Shown here: positions 59,412-64,000 of the stretch, piece after piece
How positions within the stretch are numbered: position 1 is the stretch's first letter
Layout of the letters: each line of letters begins with the position of its first letter
From: Promethearchaeota archaeon
GTDB lineage: Archaea > Asgardarchaeota > Lokiarchaeia > Sigyniarchaeales > SOKP01
Direction: 5' to 3'
NCBI GenBank assembly: GCA_048938445.1
Contig: JBHLME010000005.1
Coordinates: forward strand, 654 to 64,653
Length of the DNA stretch: 64,000 bases
Translations under genes and position numbers: made by a program
The notes under the pieces: generated by a model
What the model saw: the letters and a program-made list of their open reading frames with translations, nothing else
The model's database searches: none
Told to the model about the DNA's origin: nothing

Positions 59412-62177
59412 ATGTTGACTCATCGCGTTCTAAAGGCAAAACGCAATAAATTTAAATTAAGATTTCACTTAAAACATGTATTATCTCTATTTCTAATTTT
59501 TATATTTATTATTAGCATTTTCTTAGTTAATTGTCCTTTAAATCAAAATTTAGTAGAAAGTAATAGGCCTATTATTAAAGATGACCCCAAATCACCCTTA
59601 ATTGCAGGAGTAGACCCAGAAATTCTCATTCCTCCTTATTTGAAAAACATAACTGATATATGTAATTTTTTTAAAAATAATTATGAATCGAGTTACTCTG
59701 ACATTCTTTATTATAGAAGAGGTGATACCAATGGAAATATCATCGATGATACTGTGTATTCAATCGATAATATACTATTTTATAAAACTATTGAAAAACA
59801 ACTAGAAACCCTAAGTGGTAGTGAAACCTATATCAATTATACTCAGTTAAAATCAACAAATTTATACTATTACTATAACTCAAGTGTTTATGGATTTGTT
59901 AATTCTATCAATGGTACGACAGGTGATATTATAGATGCTAATCGCTATTTAATAGATAACTTAATGCCTATATTCCTGCTTCTCGACAATTATGCTTCTT
60001 CATCCTATCAAGAAGTACTAGACATATATAATCTCATAAGAAGACCTGAGTTCTGGGATTCAACTAACATCGGTTTCTTAAATTCAAATTCATCATATAC
60101 AGATCATAAATATGCTAAAGATAATTTATATGCAATATTGGCTTATATGTTAATAGCCCGATCACCTCAATTTGATTCTACCACTCGAAATGTAGCACTT
60201 TATATTGCTAATCAAACAATGATAAAATTACTTGAAAATATATGGGATTATAGTAATCCTGGTTTCAAAGTTGAGACATATTTTGATTGGTCACCAATCC
60301 TTAGCCCTGCTACACCCGCACTTGAAGCTAGAAAGAAACATTTAGAAATTAATGCTTTAGGAATAATGGCCTTATTAGATTTTTTCGTTCAAACTAATGA
60401 ATCCATTTATTTAGAAAATGCAACTTTGCTTTATAATAAGATGAATGGAAGTCTCTGGGTCCCTTCATTAGAGCTTTATTATTATTCTACGGAAGATGAA
60501 GATTGGGATACAACAATCTCAAATGATGATAATAAAAGAGTTATTTTAGAAGATAATGCTATAATGATGAAAGCTTGTTTAAAGCTATTTGAAATCACGG
60601 GAAACATAACTTATTATGAAAGAGCTTATCAACTTTTTGAAAGTATTGAAAGAAGATTTTATGACACTGCTAATAAAGCCTATAAATATATAATATTCCC
60701 TCCTTCTAAAGTAAATCCTTATAAAAACATTACCTCTAATTTATTTTTAATAGATGCTTATATGGAAGCGGCAGAAATCTATAATTCCCCTCGATTGATT
60801 GCATCATATAACGTAACAGAAGCTATTCCAGATTACATCTTCAATCAAGATTTATTAAACATTACTACAAGTTTCATTTATAACTCATTTATGAGCACGA
60901 CCTATATATCTGATATTAATATAACTTATGTTTTTAATTATCCTAATGGCACGATGTTTGATGAAGTAGCAGGATATATCAATAAAGGAAATACATCACA
61001 TGAATTGATATATAACATTACAGATTCTCTACCCTATGGAGATGGTTATACTATCCTTATATGGGTCAATTCGAGTTATTTCTGTTATAATGAAACCATT
61101 TTGACATTTAATGTTATTTCAGGATTAGTTGATAAGCTAATTGAAGGATTAGGCATCACGCTATACCAAGGACCGACGCTTAATATCTCAATTCCAATCA
61201 ATAATACTCGAAATGGCAATGTCACTTTAGATGTTTCAATGGAAAGCGACAATATAATTAACCAATATCTCAATGGTGTGAATTTTACTTCCTACTTGTA
61301 TGCTAATGACACAATTGTCTCTTTTAATCTTACAACTATTACAAATGCAGAGTTAGGACCTGATAATATCATATTTAAATTTACCAAAGGAAATGTATTA
61401 TATCTGCTAATCAATGCTTCAATAATAATAGGTGATTCTTTTGATCATACTGCTATTATTCATGATAGTGAAGTTGTTGATGAGGATCTTGTTGAGATTA
61501 AATTTAATTTAATAAATTTCTTACCAAATGATCCTCAATCTGTTAATATAAGTTTCTCAAGCATTAAAGGAAATATTCTTAATGATTCAGTTGATTTAAG
61601 AGAACAAATAAATTTAAATCGTAGTGAATCCCGTCAATTAATCTATAATTTAAATGTATCCGGTACTGGTAGCATTATAATAGTAATGTCTTTATCTAAA
61701 GGAAGCATAACTTATTACAATGAAACGATGTCTATTACGATTGTTCCAGCATTAGAAATTATTAGAACGACCTATCCTAGAACTGTTACTCAATGGGATT
61801 ATTCGAATTTGATAATAAAGATAGAAAATAATAGAAAACAAGTTGAAGATTATACTTTAACAATAGTTGAGCAAAATCCTTTATTCGGCGTGCCAAACAG
61901 TATAACAATTGAGGGTCAATTAGCCCCAGGAATTAACCGTATTCAAGCTCAAATCTTCTCAACCTTAAATCCATATGATTTTGGAGTAAAAAATTATTTA
62001 TTTGAATTGAGAGATAGCAATGGGGAATTAATAGAATCCGATTTTTTCGAAGTGAGTATAGAATTATCTACATCCGCTTTGTTTTTCTGTTATATAATAC
62101 CTATTACCATTCCATTTATTATTATTTTAATATATTTAAGTAAAAATTTAAAAAATAAACAATTAAGAAGACGTTAA
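59412..62177 (+). CDS. large sequon-rich surface protein: N-terminal anchor, (alpha/alpha)6-barrel-like region, beta-rich stalk, C-terminal TM
   Basis: 921 aa. Helical-hairpin blocks (NLYAILAYMLIAR, INALGIMALLDFF, EDNAIMMKACLKLFEITGNITYYERAYQLFE) resemble six-hairpin glycosidase/epimerase folds. Many N-x-S/T sites. C-terminal TM plus KNKQLRRR. Confidence 0.55.
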   Translation: MLTHRVLKAKRNKFKLRFHLKHVLSLFLIFIFIISIFLVNCPLNQNLVESNRPIIKDDPKSPLIAGVDPEILIPPYLKNITDICNFFKNNYESSYSDILYYRRGDTNGNIIDDTVYSIDNILFYKTIEKQLETLSGSETYINYTQLKSTNLYYYYNSSVYGFVNSINGTTGDIIDANRYLIDNLMPIFLLLDNYASSSYQEVLDIYNLIRRPEFWDSTNIGFLNSNSSYTDHKYAKDNLYAILAYMLIARSPQFDSTTRNVALYIANQTMIKLLENIWDYSNPGFKVETYFDWSPILSPATPALEARKKHLEINALGIMALLDFFVQTNESIYLENATLLYNKMNGSLWVPSLELYYYSTEDEDWDTTISNDDNKRVILEDNAIMMKACLKLFEITGNITYYERAYQLFESIERRFYDTANKAYKYIIFPPSKVNPYKNITSNLFLIDAYMEAAEIYNSPRLIASYNVTEAIPDYIFNQDLLNITTSFIYNSFMSTTYISDINITYVFNYPNGTMFDEVAGYINKGNTSHELIYNITDSLPYGDGYTILIWVNSSYFCYNETILTFNVISGLVDKLIEGLGITLYQGPTLNISIPINNTRNGNVTLDVSMESDNIINQYLNGVNFTSYLYANDTIVSFNLTTITNAELGPDNIIFKFTKGNVLYLLINASIIIGDSFDHTAIIHDSEVVDEDLVEIKFNLINFLPNDPQSVNISFSSIKGNILNDSVDLREQINLNRSESRQLIYNLNVSGTGSIIIVMSLSKGSITYYNETMSITIVPALEIIRTTYPRTVTQWDYSNLIIKIENNRKQVEDYTLTIVEQNPLFGVPNSITIEGQLAPGINRIQAQIFSTLNPYDFGVKNYLFELRDSNGELIESDFFEVSIELSTSALFFCYIIPITIPFIIILIYLSKNLKNKQLRRR

Positions 62178-62180
62178 AAA

Positions 62181-63908
62181 ATGATAAGAAAAAAAAAATT
62201 AGCTCACTTTCTCTTAGTTATATTATTAATATCTAATATACTCTTTATATTTTCACTCAATTTTATACAATTAAACCAGATGAATTTTGATTCTCAGGCT
62301 AAATTTATTCCCAAATCTTCATTTATTTACGAAGCATTATCCTATAATGAGATTAACATTAGTAAAACTAGTATATATCAGCATTTTGAGACTATTAATA
62401 TCAAAGTTGATGTTTCAAAATATGATCCCGTCGAAAATCATACTGAAGTACAACTCTCTGATCTTTATGGACATACGGAACGATATAATATGACAAGGAT
62501 TAATGACCAAGTTTTTTCTTTTAATTATACTACAAACATTCAATCTCAATTATTAGATTTTATCAATGTGAGTTTCTTAGTATATAATGAGAGTAGAGAT
62601 TTGCTAAATGCACATACAAGAAGTAAGAATTTTACCATCAATCCAAATTGTAGGATTACTTTTGTTCCGGATTCAAATTATCATAAAGAAGAATTTCTAT
62701 ATGCTGATGTAATGCCCGATTTGTACAGTGCATCTCAATATGGTTGGGACACATGGAATATATCTATTGATGAAGATTTGGATGGAACTAATGGTAATGA
62801 TTTGTTCAGCATTCCAGGTTATAATCAAAGTTCTATATTATTTGAAATAAATAGCACCTTCAATAAAGTCAATAAAGACTATTGTGTTCGAGTAAATTTA
62901 ATTAATAGCACTAATCAAATAATAACATCATCATGCTATACCTTCACAGTTGAAAATTCAAATCCAACTATTGCGGCTTCCACTGTGACCTTAAATTCTA
63001 GTTCTATATTCAGGTCAAATGTAGATAATTGTTTAATTGAATTAAATGCTAGCGATTTAGAAAGAGAACCAAAATTTCTTAATGTATCACTGCTTCTTAA
63101 ACATCTTAATTTTGAAACTTATGATTGTGGTTATCTAAACAATAAACAAGATGGATCATTTCAATTAGCATTTAACGCTCCCCATTATCTCACTCCAGGA
63201 AATTGGGAAATAAAACTCACGGTAATTGATAATCAAGGTGGTTCATATGAGTACACTCATGGAACGCAATTAACAATAAAAAATAATGCCCCTAAAATCT
63301 ATGGCTATGAAATAAATGGAATACCCATGACACAGGGTATTAGTATATATTATGGTCAAACCATATCATTTACTTTTAATGTTTCAGATGAAGAAGATGG
63401 AAACGTTCTAAACATTACAGTGATACTAATTAGCTCCAATAACGATATTATTGAACGAACAGCTGGTCCAGATTTAACTATTACATTCAGTTCATATGAA
63501 TTGGTGTCAGGGATTTGGTATGTGTATGTTTACATTGAAGATTCGGATGGTGCTATAGTAGGTTTTGAAGATGATATTGATAAAGCTCCTTTAGCTATAA
63601 GGATTATATCAGATCTTATCGGACCTGTCTTGCCATGGATTGCATTGGTAATAGGGTTAATTATCGGCGTGTTAATAGGTGCGGGAATTGGATATTATCG
63701 AATTAGATCTAAAATCTTAGAAGGTCAAGATATTAAATTTAAAAAAAAAATTAAAACGGAAAAAATAGCCACTCCCGATAAAAAATTGGGAAAAGAACCA
63801 ACAAAACCTTCTGATGCTGATGTAAAAAAGAAAAAAATTGATGAAAAGGAAGAAAAGGCTGAACCTAGTAAAACAAGGCCTCAGAGAAAAATAAAAAGAA
63901 AATTATAA
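62181..63908 (+). CDS. sequon-rich surface protein with Ig-like repeats, C-terminal TM and long Lys-rich cytoplasmic tail
   Basis: 575 aa. Starts 4 nt after the previous stop. Has a signal/anchor, a beta-rich body, the TM VLPWIALVIGLIIGVLIGAGIGYY, then a Lys-rich tail of about 85 aa. Confidence 0.55.
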   Translation: MIRKKKLAHFLLVILLISNILFIFSLNFIQLNQMNFDSQAKFIPKSSFIYEALSYNEINISKTSIYQHFETINIKVDVSKYDPVENHTEVQLSDLYGHTERYNMTRINDQVFSFNYTTNIQSQLLDFINVSFLVYNESRDLLNAHTRSKNFTINPNCRITFVPDSNYHKEEFLYADVMPDLYSASQYGWDTWNISIDEDLDGTNGNDLFSIPGYNQSSILFEINSTFNKVNKDYCVRVNLINSTNQIITSSCYTFTVENSNPTIAASTVTLNSSSIFRSNVDNCLIELNASDLEREPKFLNVSLLLKHLNFETYDCGYLNNKQDGSFQLAFNAPHYLTPGNWEIKLTVIDNQGGSYEYTHGTQLTIKNNAPKIYGYEINGIPMTQGISIYYGQTISFTFNVSDEEDGNVLNITVILISSNNDIIERTAGPDLTITFSSYELVSGIWYVYVYIEDSDGAIVGFEDDIDKAPLAIRIISDLIGPVLPWIALVIGLIIGVLIGAGIGYYRIRSKILEGQDIKFKKKIKTEKIATPDKKLGKEPTKPSDADVKKKKIDEKEEKAEPSKTRPQRKIKRKL

Positions 63909-64000
63909 GAAAATAAAAAATTTTATTCTTAATTTTTTAATATTTGCTATTGTAAACCAAGTTCATGTAGCTTATAAAGAAATTTACCTAATTTTCCCTC

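Noticed and set aside
1-64000. Search by eye for CRISPR arrays, tRNA/rRNA genes, IS elements, integrases and prophage blocks
   Set aside because: There are no regularly spaced direct repeats and no GC-rich cloverleaf-sized islands in intergenic regions. No transposase- or integrase-like ORFs were recognised. A tRNAscan, Infernal or CRISPR-finder run would be needed to exclude small RNAs definitively.

Overview
AT-rich chromosomal segment: hand counts of single 60-nt lines give about 15-35% G+C outside one island. It is densely coding, with about 56 credible protein genes on both strands. I found no rRNA, tRNA, CRISPR array, transposase or integrase. Gene content is archaeal: Alba, acetyl-CoA decarbonylase/synthase subunits CdhB and CdhC next to a CooT-like Ni chaperone, eukaryote/archaeal-type GlyRS, and sequon-rich membrane-anchored surface proteins. 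A Rag-like small GTPase fused to a roadblock domain and at least two longin-like proteins point to an Asgard (Loki-type) archaeon, but this is inference from content only. Ordinary genes include pncB, a cold-shock protein, an SCP2 protein, an orphan N6-adenine methyltransferase-TRD fusion, an acyl-lipid block (alpha/beta hydrolase, acyl-CoA synthetase, NMO/FabK-like, BKACE), a nitroreductase, an FAD glycerol-3-phosphate dehydrogenase, an AmmeMemoRadiSam radical SAM enzyme, a GNAT, and TPR proteins. Main candidates for something new: (1) 13.4-16.5 kb, a Rag-like GTPase clustered with a folliculin-like longin-winged-helix fusion, a repeat 4-TM protein and a small ORF. (2) 38.1-47.4 kb, one long operon with two ABC-2 permeases, a normal ATPase, a large extracellular prenyltransferase/terpene-cyclase-type toroid tethered by one helix to an ABC ATPase, a catalytically dead ATPase paralog and a longin-4TM protein. 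Two genes in this operon lack canonical start codons. (3) Three paralogous Fe-S proteins with a CCCCxCCC-type motif, two of them in tandem with a nitroreductase and a divergent ArsR-type regulator. (4) Diverged ~125-nt direct repeats bracketing a secreted caspase-fold peptidase gene, next to a GC-rich, apparently decaying RecA-fold gene. All functional calls rest on motif recognition by eye; no database search was possible.
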